NCBI RefSeq assembly: GCF_964355755.1
Contig: NC_092672.1
Location: forward strand, 2,046,001 to 2,110,000
DNA from: Antedon mediterranea
Taxonomy: Eukaryota > Animalia > Echinodermata
Length of the DNA stretch: 64,000 nt
Reading direction: 5' to 3'
Position numbers and translations under genes: made by a program. Shown here piece after piece: positions 1 through 13,330 of the stretch (position 1 is its first letter; each line of letters begins with the position of its first letter). The notes beneath the pieces were generated by a model. The model saw only the letters and a program-made list of their open reading frames with translations, had not been told where the DNA came from and did no database searches.

Positions 1-240
1 GCTTTCTTTTATGCTTTCCCGAGATTCCCCCTTTCCATTCTTTTTTTGTCTTTGTACTATGATTATTTAGGTATGATGAATGGAAATAAAGAAAAAAGAT
101 AAATGTAATGTAGTAGGCCACCTGTAAATAATGAGGCACAACAGTTATCATTGTCTGGTGGGAGAAATTACGCCTACAACAATTGAAATATTAATGCTCA
201 GCCAAGACCATGATGACGTGAATTGGCAATTTCTCAAAAC

Positions 241-425
241 TAAAGCTTGGTTCCCACTAGAACGTAACGCAAGGACGTAAACGCAACGCAAGCGTTTTAA
301 CCAATGACAAGAGATGTTATAGACAGTTAGCAATCACAAGCGAATAAGCCATCGCTTGTGATTGGTCAATTCACTTGCGTTGCGTTACGTCCTTGTGTTG
401 CGTCGCTAGTGGGAACCACGCTTTA
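241..425. mobile_element. MITE family A (PIF/Harbinger-like TIRs)
   Basis: TIRs TAAAGCTTGGTTCCCACTAG ... CTAGTGGGAACCACGCTTTA around a GCAACGCAAG/CTTGCGTTGC-rich core. Partial copies at about 11030-11090, 17160-17273, 20444-20530, 26410-26555, 34208-34862, 36171-36272, 40708-40825, 49140-49200 and 49870-50010. Confidence 0.75.
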
Positions 426-517
426 ATGCGCGCTACGCGCATGGAGGAACCTGAGGAAGTTTGTGACTATTTGTGTTTTGCTTAATATAATATTAAAAGT
501 TAACATTGTTTTTGCAG

Positions 518-739
518 CGTAAAGGTGACATCTTATCGAACCTGATGGAGCTTGAGAGGAGACAAGTGATCACGTCGAAGCGAGGCAGTTTCAGCGATAT
601 GGTGAAACACGCAGCATTCGCCATGGATGTTAACAAAACGTACACAGCAGGAATACGAAGATTGTCGTTAGGTGCTAGTAGAGGACATTATAAAAGCGGC
701 GAGAGGAAACCATCGTTATCTAAACTTCATAAACAATAG
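518..739 (+). CDS. Possible terminal exon of a gene starting upstream of the window (product unknown)
   Basis: Acceptor TTTTTGCAG ending at 517, then an open frame RKGDILSNLMELERRQ...KLHKQ-stop. GC is higher than in the flanks, and there is an AATAAA cluster near 1752. No family recognised. Confidence 0.3.
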   Translation, partial: RKGDILSNLMELERRQVITSKRGSFSDMVKHAAFAMDVNKTYTAGIRRLSLGASRGHYKSGERKPSLSKLHKQ

Positions 740-1331
740 GCCTATTACTAACTAAACCTGCGTTTACACTGAGCACGGATTTGGTCCGGTGGCATAGTCG
801 GGACTATGTTATAGTTTTCGATGACACACGTATGTTTTGTACGGAATCCGGAATGAGTTCGTGTGGACTTAAACACTATAATACTACTTCACGGATTTCT
901 CCAGTCTCTAGCTCCAGATCGGATTTCGAACCTAAATGGGCTTCAGACGTGGAGTATGAACACATTCAACGAGTATCTCGCCGACAACTGATACAGTATA
1001 ACGATAGGCCTAATTGATATTTTATTAATTTCAACCAAAGTGTTAAAAGAAAGGAAGGTTATATTCATTATATTTTCACTTAATCTAATTATTTAATGCT
1101 ATTAATATTTGTTTAAAATGTGTTTCTGTAGAATGATTGGATCGGTATTTAGATGGTGAACTAAATTGTCGTCTCATCGCAGAATGTGTTATCGGGGGTG
1201 TTCAAAAGTGAGGAGTAACGCTGAATGTAGCATAACTAGCGACCGTGGTAGTATAAAGCAATGTGTATTTTGTTTGTTTGATACCAGTTTAATATATATA
1301 CGGTATTGTAAATTGTAAAAATGATCTGCTT

Positions 1332-1535
1332 AAGGCCAATTCAGACAGCGTTGTGCGACGTGTCGTCTCATCGGGAGAAGATTAAACATGTTTAAAGTTC
1401 TCTCGACGACGAGCTAAAAACTCCGCCCGATGCTATCCCACGACGACTCGTCTCGTCGGGATTCAACTCAGACAGCACCGACGAGTCGAGACATTTCGTC
1501 GGGCCTCGTCGTACGACGCTGTCTGAGTTAGCCTT
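1332..1535. mobile_element. MITE family B (Harbinger-like TIRs)
   Basis: TIRs AAGGCCAATTCAGACAGCGT ... ACGCTGTCTGAGTTAGCCTT. A second, similar copy lies at about 34874-35064. Confidence 0.75.
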
Positions 1536-1881
1536 TACACTACATTTTACAGCTTAGACGGTAATTGACAAATCAGGCGAGTAATAGTTACAAATAATGA
1601 ATGAAAAAACCAAAAATGATAACTCGCCTAAGGTTTTTATTAAGTTATTAGAGGGCCTACACTCCACGTTATTCCCAACGTATGAACGAACACCTTGGGC
1701 CGGCTCCGATGTTCTGATAATGTTGCATTTTGAGTAGGCCTATTTATACCGAATAAATAAATAAATAAATAAAGAAATAAAATAAATAAATGTACGACGT
1801 CGTTAGCTACGACAGCTAATGATTTACATCTAAACGCCCTTAAGATTACTAAATATTGCTTAATATTGGTAGGTCTACAAA

Positions 1882-4800
1882 TTATGTATACTCGATTAAG
1901 TATCTAAAGGCAGCCATTACACCGGCGTACGTCTCTTCACCTGTTGGAATAATCTCTTCTTCGGGTAGTACGAACCCGTATTTGCCTTTATCTGGTAACT
2001 CGATGACGTAACTAAATCGAGTACCAATAGAATATGCATAGTCTTCACTAGCCCCAGAAGCAGCATCTACGGTGGAAATAATTCATTGTTTTAAAAGATT
2101 ATAGTCAGAGGGGCAGTGTGTATATATAGCATTCCAGTGGACAGAGGGCCATGCCAGTGCTAATCGAAAAAAGGACTGCAGTGTATTATCAAGGCAATCT
2201 CTAACAACAGGAAAATGAGCTCAACTTGCCAAGATACGAACTTGTAACAGTCCTTTGATCTTATGTCTGGCTGCGACAAATACCAACAGTACTGTACTAT
2301 GTAAATGTTCTCTGTGGCGCGCGGTTCGTTGATCTTGTCGCAGCCACAGATAAACCCTTTGATCTCCGGAGCTCAGTATCCTGTTGTTAAATTGCCTTGT
2401 TTAATTAACTGTTAATAAAAATAAAACACCGTGAACACAGTTCCATAATTGTTCAATAATCGCAGTATACTTACATAACAATTCCACGGTGTTGCCACAC
2501 TCGTATTCCCGTCCACTCACCGCTTCAATTGCTGTTATTGTGGCGTCACCCAATTTCTTCTGTTAGAAACAAAGTTCGCCTTAGTTAGTTCATATCTAAC
2601 ACATAGACGTACTCAAAATATTAAACAATTTAATATTCATGCAGAGATTATTTTTTTCTAACGATAAGTGTTAATACTTACCACTTCCTCTTCGTTCGAT
2701 ATTGGAGCAAGATCACTTGCATATCCCCATGGATACAGCATCAACTGAGAGTAGCTATGGAAGTCAATGAACATCTCTAAGTTCTCCAATTTTTTAAGGA
2801 AATTCACAACTGATTCAATTTCAGGTTCTGATGTTGCGCTTGAGCCGCGGTACGTGTCAGAACACGGTTCTTCTGAAGCTCCTTCACCTGTGTGAAAGCA
2901 AAAGATACAAGACTTTAAGCTATGTCTACACTATCAAACTAGTTTGATGTGCCAAAATATGGTAATGATATGCCCAAATATGGCAGTGATATGACATTAT
3001 GTCCATATATATAAAGTTTGATAGTGTTGACAGAGTTTTATATATTGTTTAATGGTTTGCATGGCGAAATCAAATGTTTATATAAAGTTTTCAGTACACC
3101 AGGTATCTGTTTAGTTTCTCGACGTTTCGATCAATATACTTTGATCGCCCTTCTCACTCCTGAGGACGATCAAGGTATGTTGATCGAAACGTCGAGAAAC
3201 TAAACAGTTCTTCTCAGAACTAGACATGGTGTGTACCGGGCATTTTTTTGTCAAACTATTTGATAGTGTAGACAGAGCTTTAGATTTGCTTAGTATTTAT
3301 AGGCCTACCTCCCCATTCAAACGGCCAATTCCTGTTCGGATCAGTACCAACACATTCTGAGCCCTCGTTTGGAGATCTTGTCTTTCTCCACAAACGGTCC
3401 TACAAAAAACAAATGTATTGATTGATAATTTAACACATTAACAAGTACTTGTTTTCATCACATAGGCATAGTATAATGAAGTTTCTATTTATTACATTAT
3501 GATATGTGACTAAAGTTCTGTCCACACTATCAATTCAATTCAATTCAAATAAACATTTATTTCTTTCATTCATATTTGAGTAAAAAACATTATAATTTCT
3601 GATATTTTATAAATAAATAATTTTTTTTTTTAGAGATATAATACAGTAAATCATAATGTATAAAAAGATGATTCAGTTATATACAAAATGAAAGAGTCAA
3701 AAAAACTCAAGAAAGTATCGATCAATTGGAAACAAAAATCCAATTGAAACTTGTATATTGGGAAGCCATGTAAGAAGATTATATACTTATATATATAAAT
3801 GTAAACATATAACTACACATACACATAAAGATCAACAGACACACACACACACCAACAGTAAAGGAAGCAATTTAGAAAAAGTTTCTAAAGTTAAAAAAAT
3901 ATTACAAAATAGAGAAAAAAATTAGTTATAATTTGAAATAAGATATTCTTTAAGTTTAAAAGAGAACTATCAAACTTTATGTGACAACAAAATGTGATGT
4001 TCCCATATATGGACATGATTATGTCATATCACTACCATATCTGTGCATATCATTCCATTTGGCCACATTACATTTTTTTGTCAAACTAGTTTGATAGTGT
4101 AGGCCTAGACAGAGCTTTTAAATATTAACAAGGCCAACAGCCATTAAGTCGCGTGCTACAATGCATAGTGATACCGGACCGACAGACAGACCGACAGACA
4201 GACCGACAGACCGACCGACATAGTGAACTATACTGACCGAAATTACTGAACATGTTTAAAAATGTTGAAATGTTTAAAAACATTTATATTTTTTTAATTT
4301 ACACGTGCGTAGCCTGTCACTTTTGACGTGCTCGTATAACGTAATTTCGAGTTGAAAAGTAAGTCAAGAAAACATAAATCGAGCAAAAAGAGTGCGCAAC
4401 AACATTTAACGCGCAGTGCGCATGCGCACTCATGGCAATTTTGTAAACGCTTAAAATTGCCTGAAACGTACTCTTATTTCATCGAAAATAAATTTTGAAA
4501 ATTTTAAGCGCGCGTACGCATGCGTTACATGCGCTACGCACGTAATTGTATTGCCATATGATGATTTATGCCCTGAAATTTATGAGTACCAAATTTTATT
4601 TAATTGTGATTCATGGTTGTGAAGATATGATTAGAAACGTGATTTCGTTAAATCGTGCGTAGACCGCGTAATTTTTTATTGCGCACCGTGAAAACATAAC
4701 CACATTGATTCCTGGCCATAAGGAATATACTGTGAAAAATTAACCTAGCTAGATTAAACTGATATCAAGATAAGGTCAGAAAGCGATAAAACGCATAGTG

Positions 4801-7800
4801 ATACCGGACCGACAGACCGACAGACAGACAGACAGACCGACCAACCGACCGACATAGTGAACTATAGAGTCGCTTCCACGCGACTAAAAATGTGCAAGGT
4901 TATGATAGCTCATAATTAAACATATTCATAGGTCTAACGGAGTTTGCTATGCTTAGTATTTGTACATTATTTAGTAAGAAAAAAGGAAAGAAAGTCGCTA
5001 CGACTACAATGTATAAAAACATAACAATAGGCTTCAAATGAATATAAGTTACTTAGCAATAAAACAATAAAACAATGTTTACGCCATCAAGCAAGAATAT
5101 GCAAATGCTTACGTTATCCCACGTCCACCTGTATCCATCTGGATTAGTCACAAACAGTATGTAAATATCGTATTTTGTTAAAAAGTTTACTTCATCTTCT
5201 GAACCACTTGTGTATTTCTCCAAAAACTAAAAAAAAAAAGTTTATTTAATAATATGAAGACTTGTACGTAGATCACACATTTCTCCTAAAGCTCTGTCTA
5301 CACAATCAAACTTTATGTGACAAATAGGCCTAAATGTGACGTCATATCACTACCATATTTTAACACATTTTTTAAAACTAGTTTGATAGTGTAGATCACA
5401 GAGCTTTTATAAGCTCTACACTACCAATCTTTATGCGACAAAAAATGTGATGTACTCGTATATGGACACGAGGACGTCATAATATCACTACCATATTTTG
5501 GCACATCATCACACTTTTTTTTGTCAAACTAGTTTGATACTGATAGTGTAGACAGGGCTTGAGATATGGTCTTGAATTGAAAAAACCAAACTACTTACCT
5601 TATTCGTAATGTACATAACAGTGGCCGGTGAAATCCATTCTCTAGCATGAATACCGCCCTCAAACCAAATTTTTTTTTTATCTGAAGCGCCACCTGTAGA
5701 TATCTGTAACAAGATTTTTGTTTTTTTAAACTACTGTACTGTGTATGACCTTCTATGCTACTGTATGACCTTTATGATAATTGAGTTGTTTTTGTTTGTA
5801 CAGTATGTGTAGTATCATGGAGTAATTTACTCCATGGTAGTATTATCATTATTCTCCTTTCATAATGATTTGGTCTGACGATTTTAAAGATAAAGCTGTT
5901 TCTTTTGAACTTTTTTTCTCAATATTTCTTTATAATGTACGCAATAATAATAGTAATTTTGTTTTGTGCGTCACGGACGCAGATTCCGTGATACAGATTA
6001 GAAATAAACAGTAGCATACCATCATGCTCCGTTAGGCTCGAATGATTGTCTTTCTCTGGGCTGAGAGAATATTCTATAGCCATGCCACGTTTTGGCAATT
6101 GACGACCTTGTTGTGTAGTACTAGTAGGCATGAAAAATAACTTTTAAATCGGACTCAGTAGACGACAAAAGGATACGGTATAATTCCTGTTTCGTTCTAT
6201 TCATAAAGGGTTTGATTCGCGACGACGTTGTAGATATAATTCCGTCTCCTTTGCTCGATGCAAAGAAAGCTTAACTCATTCAAGTGGTCAGGGGGTTGAG
6301 GTAGCCTAAGCGAGTAGCCCAGCTCGGTTAATTCCTGCACGCTCAATTTCATTGGTGGTGATGGTCATTGTTAATGTTATACGTCTCACACTGGAACACT
6401 TTGAACACATCCTTGTATATTTCTCAAGTCGTGGCGCAACAACGGCTATGAGCGCTCACTGGCTAATCCCAGGGGCCCCAGTGCATGGAAAGCATCAATG
6501 CAACTAACCAGTGTTGGAGGACCTCTTATGAGTGCTAAACATGGGCCTTTGCCACCTGCTTTACGCCATTGTTCTCAAGATGTATCGAATAAAAAAACCA
6601 ATATCCATTATTGTTACCTTTAGAACTTTCATTGGTTGTTTTTCGTAAGACGTTCCAATTTCCAGTTCAGAAAGAATGTTTCCATAAGTTGATAATAAAC
6701 TATCTTGGAATAATTTTATCTAATAACAGATAATATAAAAATATCACTTTCACTTTGATGAGTATTACGTAGTTTCCACCGATTCTGAAACGAATCTTAA
6801 AGGCTGGCTTGGGGTTATTATAAAAATAATTATTATTATAATAGTTCTTATAAAATATAAACCTTTGCAATAACATTCATAATAACCCCACTTTTTCAAC
6901 ATTGGTGAAGTAGATCAACTAATCTATGCTTAGATTAATTAATATTAGTAAAAAGATAATTATTTTTGCACCATTTTTCATACAAAAAAAATCGAAACGC
7001 CAAAAAGCGGTGCCACAGGGAGATAGGCCTACCTCAGGTCGTCCCTGGTGCCAGGGCGTTAGGCCTACCTCAGGTCCTGTTGCCAGGGAGGTAGGCCTAA
7101 ATCAGATCCTCCCTGGTGCCAGGGAGTTAGGCCTACCTCAGGTCCTGGTGCCAGGGAGATAGGCCTACCTCAGGTCCTCCCTTGTGCTATAGGCATTATA
7201 ACGACGTTAACATTAATTAAATATTAATTATGTTTTTTTTCGTGAAAAAATATTTATTTACTACCGACGTTGCCCCTGTCTCTAGATTCCTGTGTGCACA
7301 AAGGTAGAATGTGAATGTATTAGTAGACATATACACACAATGCATGCCGGGAACCAGTACAAATGTAAAAGTACATACAAGCATAAACTTAAACTTCACC
7401 TAAATTATCTAATTATTAACTTGTTTTAATCTAAATTAAATTTGTGTGTGTATTTTGTGTTCTTTTTAATGGAAAACTGATTTAATCTTTTTTGGCTCAT
7501 CCAGCACAGCATTGCCTTTCCGAGATTGTCTTTTAAATATGTTTTTAACTGCAGTGACTTATTTAGCAGAATCGATATAAAAATGTAAAAACGGTTTGAG
7601 GTGATATGCAGTAGAAAAAATATAGATAAAGAATACCCTTAGCTGTCATAGAATAATAATAATACGATAATCTTTAGATAATAGGAAACTATCTCCATGC
7701 AAGGACAAACGATAACAAAAAGATAAATCCGTTTAAAGGGTATGGGTTATAACAAAGTAGGCCTACCGGCAGATTTCATTACAATCTATTATCCTGGTTA

Positions 7801-10505
7801 AAAGCATTTTAGTGCACAGCACTTTTGAAGTACCGTATGCATTAATTATGTTGTCTATCATATTATTATCAGTGGCCTTATTAGATTACCTCATCAATTG
7901 TGTGGTAAAACATAAAGAAATCCTCGTTTGATCCTCTTGCAGCAACTTTAGAACTATGAGATACTCTTTGCGTCTGAATAACTTCATTGACGTCATCGAT
8001 TAACACGTGATACGGTACACCAATCATATCCAATGTAAGGGCGACGTATTCTTTAGCCGTCGGTGGTACCATGATGTCTACAGTCTTTCGCACGGCTCTA
8101 GCTGATGTCCAAAAGTCTAACTAAAATAACATAATATAAACAAATAACAGATTATCAAGTAAACCTCTATGAAAGATCTAACTATTTAAAGTTATACATT
8201 TGTATACGAATTATTGCAATAAAGAAAGATGATTGATTATTGATTATTGATTAGTAGTAGAGCATTATGCTGTTTGACATTGACAAGTATTTATAGGCCC
8301 AAGTTGTGTTTCGCTTTTGCCTATTCATTTAGACCTGAATTCGAAGGAAGAAATGAAAATCGAACAACTGAAGTAAAAGCATATTTTTGTTTTCTACTGA
8401 AGTGACTAACTTTTTTTCTTTTTTATCTTTTATTCATTCAATGTTTCATACCTACTCTGCTTCAAGAAAGAGATAAACAAACACATGGGTTTATAATGGG
8501 CAACAAAGCCCCCTTAACCCTTTCACACTCTATCGAAAGAAGATGGACTGTGGCGATTCAAGGTAAATTCAAGGTAAACAATAAATACATAATCTTCATA
8601 CATTTTCTACATTAGTCCCTTGCTTAAGATGTTTACTATCTGCTCAATATTTACTTAAAGATGTATTGTCCTCCAAAAACATGAAAAATGAAGATTAATT
8701 AAATCAGATTTTAAATAGGCTATTTTGTAGTTTTAATAAAGTATAATAAATCACTTCCGCAGAAAAAAAAAGTAATGTTTTCCCTTATAAAATGACAAAA
8801 TAAATGGTTAAATTCAACCAAAAATCCATTGGCTGGCAGTCAATTTGACTTTTTTTGGCTTTAATTTACTGGGTTTTTTTTCAGTTAAAACATGTTCTTC
8901 AATCTATTTTTGGTCGAACTGGATAACTATTATATGACATTGAAGGGTATATTCAACAAAACAATTTAAATAATTATTTTTTCAGGGGGACAATACATCT
9001 TTAATTTATTTGTTTTGTCTACTAAACTTTTTTTTTAAACATCTGTTTACATTATTTTCTATAGTTTCTGAAGATAGAAAAAAAAATGTTTTCACTTGTA
9101 AACTGACAAAATAAAAGGTTAAATTCAACCAAAAATCCATATGCTGGCAGCCAATTTGACCATTAGCTTTAAATTACATTTATTTCAGGTAAATACAATT
9201 TTTTTAGACCCAATTTTTTGTCAAAGTGGATAACTATTACGTTACATTAAAATGGAATATTCAACAAAATTTGTTTTAAGAATTATTTTTTCAGGGGGGC
9301 AATACATCTTTAAAGAATCGCTATCCAATCGAGTTTGACCTATACCATGAAATCCACAGTGGTCTAATGGTTAGGACCTCTACATATCAAGCAGAAGGTT
9401 CGAATCTTGATTCTTTTTCTCAAAGATTTCCTCATCTTATCGTTTCAAATGAATTAATTCAATTTTAGTATATCACCGGGCGGCGGTTTAGAAATAATGC
9501 TCTTTGCCTGTTGTGTTTATATATATTGTAATACATTGTCATTGTCATTTTTTCAGTTTTTTGCCTTTAGATTTATATATTGTAAGACATTATATACATA
9601 CACATATGCATAAAATTGACATTAAAACCAAAGAACGATAAAACAATATATACATAATATAATACATTACACGGGCATAAAAACCTAAAAAAACTGTCAA
9701 GTGGAAAGTGGAAATGTATATACTGTACACAAAATTTAAAAATATACATTATAACATACGTACACCTTAGTGTATAACTTTATTACAAATACAAAATGGC
9801 CAAGTTATAAGCCAAAATAAGTCTGAAATGGCGGCCATTTTGTTTTTCACATTTTAAGGGTGAAGATCAGATTTGAATTCAGCACCCCAAAATTACCCTA
9901 AAACACATGTTTTTCGCTTTTAACACGAAATGCCTCCAGCATCTTATTAAAGTGGAAATATGACTATCTGGACTAGTCTACTATTCAAAATTTGATTTTA
10001 TTATTCTTCATTTTTCATTAAAAAATTTACAATATTTTTCTGACTCGATATTGATTTGACACAAGGGGTAATAAACATTTAGGTACTAAATAAATTATGT
10101 TTTGATGTCGGACTTACTTGATGGCATGATTTTTCATTATATTCTAGAGCGTGTAGTTGTATTACATGTCTTTGCGTCAACGGCTTAGCTCTGATGACCT
10201 GGTAACTAGAAATGAAGAAGACAAATGAAACTTATTAATAATATGGCCTGCATAATTCGACACAGCTAGTACACAGACGACGGTACATAATGCTCAAATA
10301 TCCGTTTCATTTAAATATAACCATCAAAAGTTATCAGAGAAAAGATTCTTTTCGTTTTTCTAAATAATAAATACATATTTTCTGTACACACATCATAATA
10401 CGCATTATATAAATTTGCCTTATATACTTACTTGTTGTACATGCGGCGAGTTTGAGTGATAGAGAAAAAACAGCAGAATATCATTACCCAAGTGTACGTC
10501 GCCAT
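1882..10505 (-). CDS. M14A zinc carboxypeptidase (carboxypeptidase B-like preproenzyme), 426 aa, 10 exons
   Basis: Exons on the minus strand: 10505-10432, 10205-10118, 8120-7890, 6719-6618, 5703-5599, 5226-5113, 3399-3309, 2887-2682, 2559-2475, 2066-1882. All junctions are GT-AG and in phase. Signal-like N-terminus [15 protein letters not shown], pro-domain LDFW...VDIMVPP, and motifs [47 protein letters not shown]. Confidence 0.93.
2191..2398. mobile_element. MITE family C
   Basis: TIRs AAGGCAATCTCTAACAACAGGA ... TCCTGTTGTTAAATTGCCTT. Related copies at about 11460-11647 and 19505-19575. Confidence 0.7.
2916..3282. mobile_element. MITE family D (Harbinger-like), interrupted by a Penelope-like fragment
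   Basis: TIR AAAGCTCTGTCTACACTATCAAACT with an internal GTGATATGCCCAAATATGGTA motif. Other copies at about 3511-4118, 5288-5407, 5411-5560, 22200-22357, 35340-35458, 49805-49863, 51681-51827, 61174-61300 and 62426-62652. Confidence 0.8.
3107..3207. mobile_element. Penelope-like inverted terminus containing a hammerhead-like core
   Basis: 41-bp inverted arms (3107-3147 and 3167-3207, 2 mismatches). The right part reads CTGAGGA-CGATCAAggtatgTTGATCG-AAACGTCG. Related ends at about 15625-15745 and 17968-18065. Confidence 0.55.
3534..3965 (-). mobile_element. 5'-truncated LINE 3' end inserted in the TIR of a family-D MITE
   Basis: (TTGAA)n tail at about 3531-3548. The ORF2-like end [12 protein letters not shown]-stop is on the minus strand. 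ACTATCAA occurs on both sides as a candidate TSD. Confidence 0.55.
4127..4890. mobile_element. HINE/DINE-1-like (Helentron-associated) non-autonomous element
   Basis: Duplicated block GCATAGTGATACCGGACCGACAGAC...CATAGTGAACTATA (4163-4231 and 4793-4866), (GACA/GACC)n microsatellite, and terminal hairpin AGTCGC-TTCCAC-GCGACT followed by an A-run. Confidence 0.6.
7010..7185. repeat. Minisatellite, about 29-35-bp unit (CCAGGGAGATAGGCCTACCTCAGGTCCT...), about 5 copies
   Basis: Directly visible tandem units. They account for the 3' part of ORF 6926-7162. Confidence 0.85.
8655..9313. mobile_element. Kolobok-like non-autonomous DNA transposon with a duplicated right half
   Basis: TTAA-AGATGTATTGTCC ... 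GGACAATACATCT-TTAA (8655-9004), then a second right half ending GGCAATACATCTTTAA at 9313. Degenerate relatives at about 39720-39980, 41520-41780, 45200-45380, 47040-47370 and 53000-53300. Confidence 0.6.
9350..9415 (+). repeat. Degenerate tRNA-derived (SINE head) sequence
   Basis: Box-A-like GTGGTCTAATGG and box-B-like GGTTCGAATC. No complete cloverleaf. Confidence 0.4.
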
Positions 10506-12589
10506 TATTAATTTACAATTATAGTAAAAAAGTATTTAGGCCTACGTTAATCTTCCATGCCCGCACCATCGTATTCACGATTTATGAAAATATACGGGTA
10601 GTGTTTGCATACAAATTGGCCATTTGACAATTAATTAAACAAGCATACATAAACGTAACTTGTATACAATCTATTAATGAAAATTAATCACTTGTAAAGG
10701 CATTTAAAAAGAAAACATAACCCACACCTTCTACCATAATGTATGCTATCTGTCCTATAGCTAATACGAGGTTCTTTAATTTAAAGATACTAACATCACT
10801 AGTTATCCGGTTATCAGTGCTGCATCTCCACATTCGTCAATATTTTACCGGTATTTAGGCAAATTTCGTCATACAGCATTACATGTACGTCACATGTGTT
10901 GCCTGTATCGGTTATTTAAGAGTTAGTTGGTCTATGTTTGAAGCTGTATTCGGGAATTTTCCAATACTGGAGAAATAGTACAGCATAGAGAATTGGATGT
11001 GCTAGTTTTGCGATGGATTATTCGAACACTGGCTTGTCATTGGTCAACTCGCTTGCGTTGCGCGTACGACGTCCTTTCGTTGCGTCTTATTAAGGATTGT
11101 ACGGTACTTATTTATCAGGGAGTTTCTAACCCATTTGTATTATAATTGTTTAAAATACATTATTATTATTATTATTCAATAGATCCCTGGGATCATCCCA
11201 TGTTATCAATGACCTCGATGTTGTTGTACCTGTATTAAGGGACAGGATTCTATATACAACACAATGCTTTAAGAGGGTACTGTAACCTAACAAAAGGATA
11301 CATGGCCGTACACACCCACAACCCCCCCCCCCCCAATTTCAAAAGGTCCACATTTTATAGGGTCTTAAAATAAAATAAAAAAGTACACAATATTATGAAA
11401 ATGGTCCAAAAGATATTAATCCGCACCCACCCAAATCAAATCTTGCGTACGGCCCTGGGATGCCGAGCTCGCCGCCTTGCTAAGATCTCGTAACAGTCCT
11501 TTGAACTTATGTCTGGCTACGAAAAATACCATGTACTGTATGTACACATTCCGAGGCGCAGAGATGAGGAAGCCAATTGGCCAATCGAATAGTTTAGGTA
11601 AACCCTTTGATCTCCGGAGCTCAGTATCCTGTTGTTATCTTGCCTTGCGTTAATGTTGTTTGAAATATTTTCCTTATTTGGAAATCGTGTTCATTCATAC
11701 TATAATACACAAGGACTACTTGTTTCTATATTTTCCCAATAGATAATGTGTCTCCTCCATAACCCCCAAATGCGTTGAAAAAAATATGGTAGACCTATCT
11801 ATCATCAAGGCGACTGACTACACAAAAGTTTGAAATTTCACTGGCTCTCTATAATATTATCAGGTACTGTACTTGCTATTTTCCGTTGATGCATTTTAGA
11901 TCAACAGCCAAATGTGTGCCAAGCGGCGCCCCGTACATGATAAATCAAAAATATTCTGCGCAAAATAATAGAGCGCCATAATTATTATTATTCACCGAAT
12001 TTATAAAGAGCCCTATGTGATATTGCACCCCATGAATGATAATCAATTAAGAAACTTCATTTCTTGATTTAGCGTAAAAGTAACGGGAGTACACGTAAAT
12101 GTGTGTTAACGTTATCCACACCATTTGCGCAGTAAAGGTTTTCTGAACATGCGTGAATTGAATAACATAACGCTATAAATAATATCGATAGTACGTCAGC
12201 ATTGTTCTAAATATTTATGAATTTGATTACAAATCGATTTCTATCGACCATATTACTGCAGATGGTGTCGCATCCATTGTCCGAATATGACACCATCCGC
12301 TCAACTCTTTTATTTTAACATCCTGTCTTTACTTTTCTCATTAGTTGACGTGATTGTGATGACCACCATTACAATATGGGATAACCACACTGTCCTCTAC
12401 ATCTTGACTTGCTTATTATCTTTCGTAAAGGTGAGTAAGTAGATACTGCTAGTGGTAACATACAGAGCTTAGTTGTGCGTTAAAATGACGCGGGGTTCAT
12501 CAACATTGTATTGTTTAAAAATGCAATTTTATTTACATTATGAATCGTTTCCTCCCTTTTCTTCTATGTTTCTTGTACCGTGTTGTGGT

Positions 12590-12940
12590 GTTTTCAGTCC
12601 CGTGCGATCCTGTTTCCCGTTCCATGTTCTCCTGTTTCTGGTCCCATGCTGTCCTGTTTCCGGACCCATGCGGTCCTGTTTTCGGTCCAGTGTGGTCCTG
12701 TTTTCGGTCCCATGTTGTCCTGTTTCCGGTCCCATGTCGTGCTGTTTCCAGTCCCATGCTGTCCTGTTGCCGGTCACGTGTCGTCCTGTTTCCGGTCCTG
12801 TTTTCGATCCCATATTAACCTGTTTTCGATCCCATATTGACCTGTTTCCGGTCCCATATGTTGTGCTAATTCGGTCCCATATTGTTCTGTTTCCGGTCCC
12901 ATATTGTCCTGTTTTCAGTCCATGTTGTCCTGTTTTCGAC
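12590..12940. repeat. Minisatellite, about 22-bp unit (CCTGTTTTCGGTCCCATGTTGT)
   Basis: Visible degenerate tandem units. They explain the overlapping ORFs at 12473-12967. Confidence 0.9.
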
Positions 12941-13330
12941 AATTTAGCGAAAGTATTAAATAAATAACATTATTATTGCTAAACTTGCCGAGTTCACATC
13001 CTAAAGACTTGACGAAAAACGAGCTCTGTTTTTGTTTTGCTCTTCCCACACTGTTACAGTTACTCAAATTATATTGTTCTTTTTACAATAAATAAATAAA
13101 TATATAAATTTGACTTTGACTTTAAAAAAGGACCTTAACTTGGCTCGGCTTGTTAACTACGACCGTAAACTATTCAAATTACTTGCGTTGCGCTTACGCC
13201 TCTGCCTTACGTCGTCGGTCCATTCAAATAAAGTTGTAGAAAAACCGATAAAAAATCGAAATAATATCGTTTCTTACACTGTTCATAGTACACTGGAAGC
13301 AGCAGTACGAGTGACACGTGATAACGCGTG

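Noticed and set aside
12473-12967. Five overlapping Cys/Pro-rich or Gly/Thr-rich ORFs
   Set aside because: They are translations of a stop-free 22-bp minisatellite.
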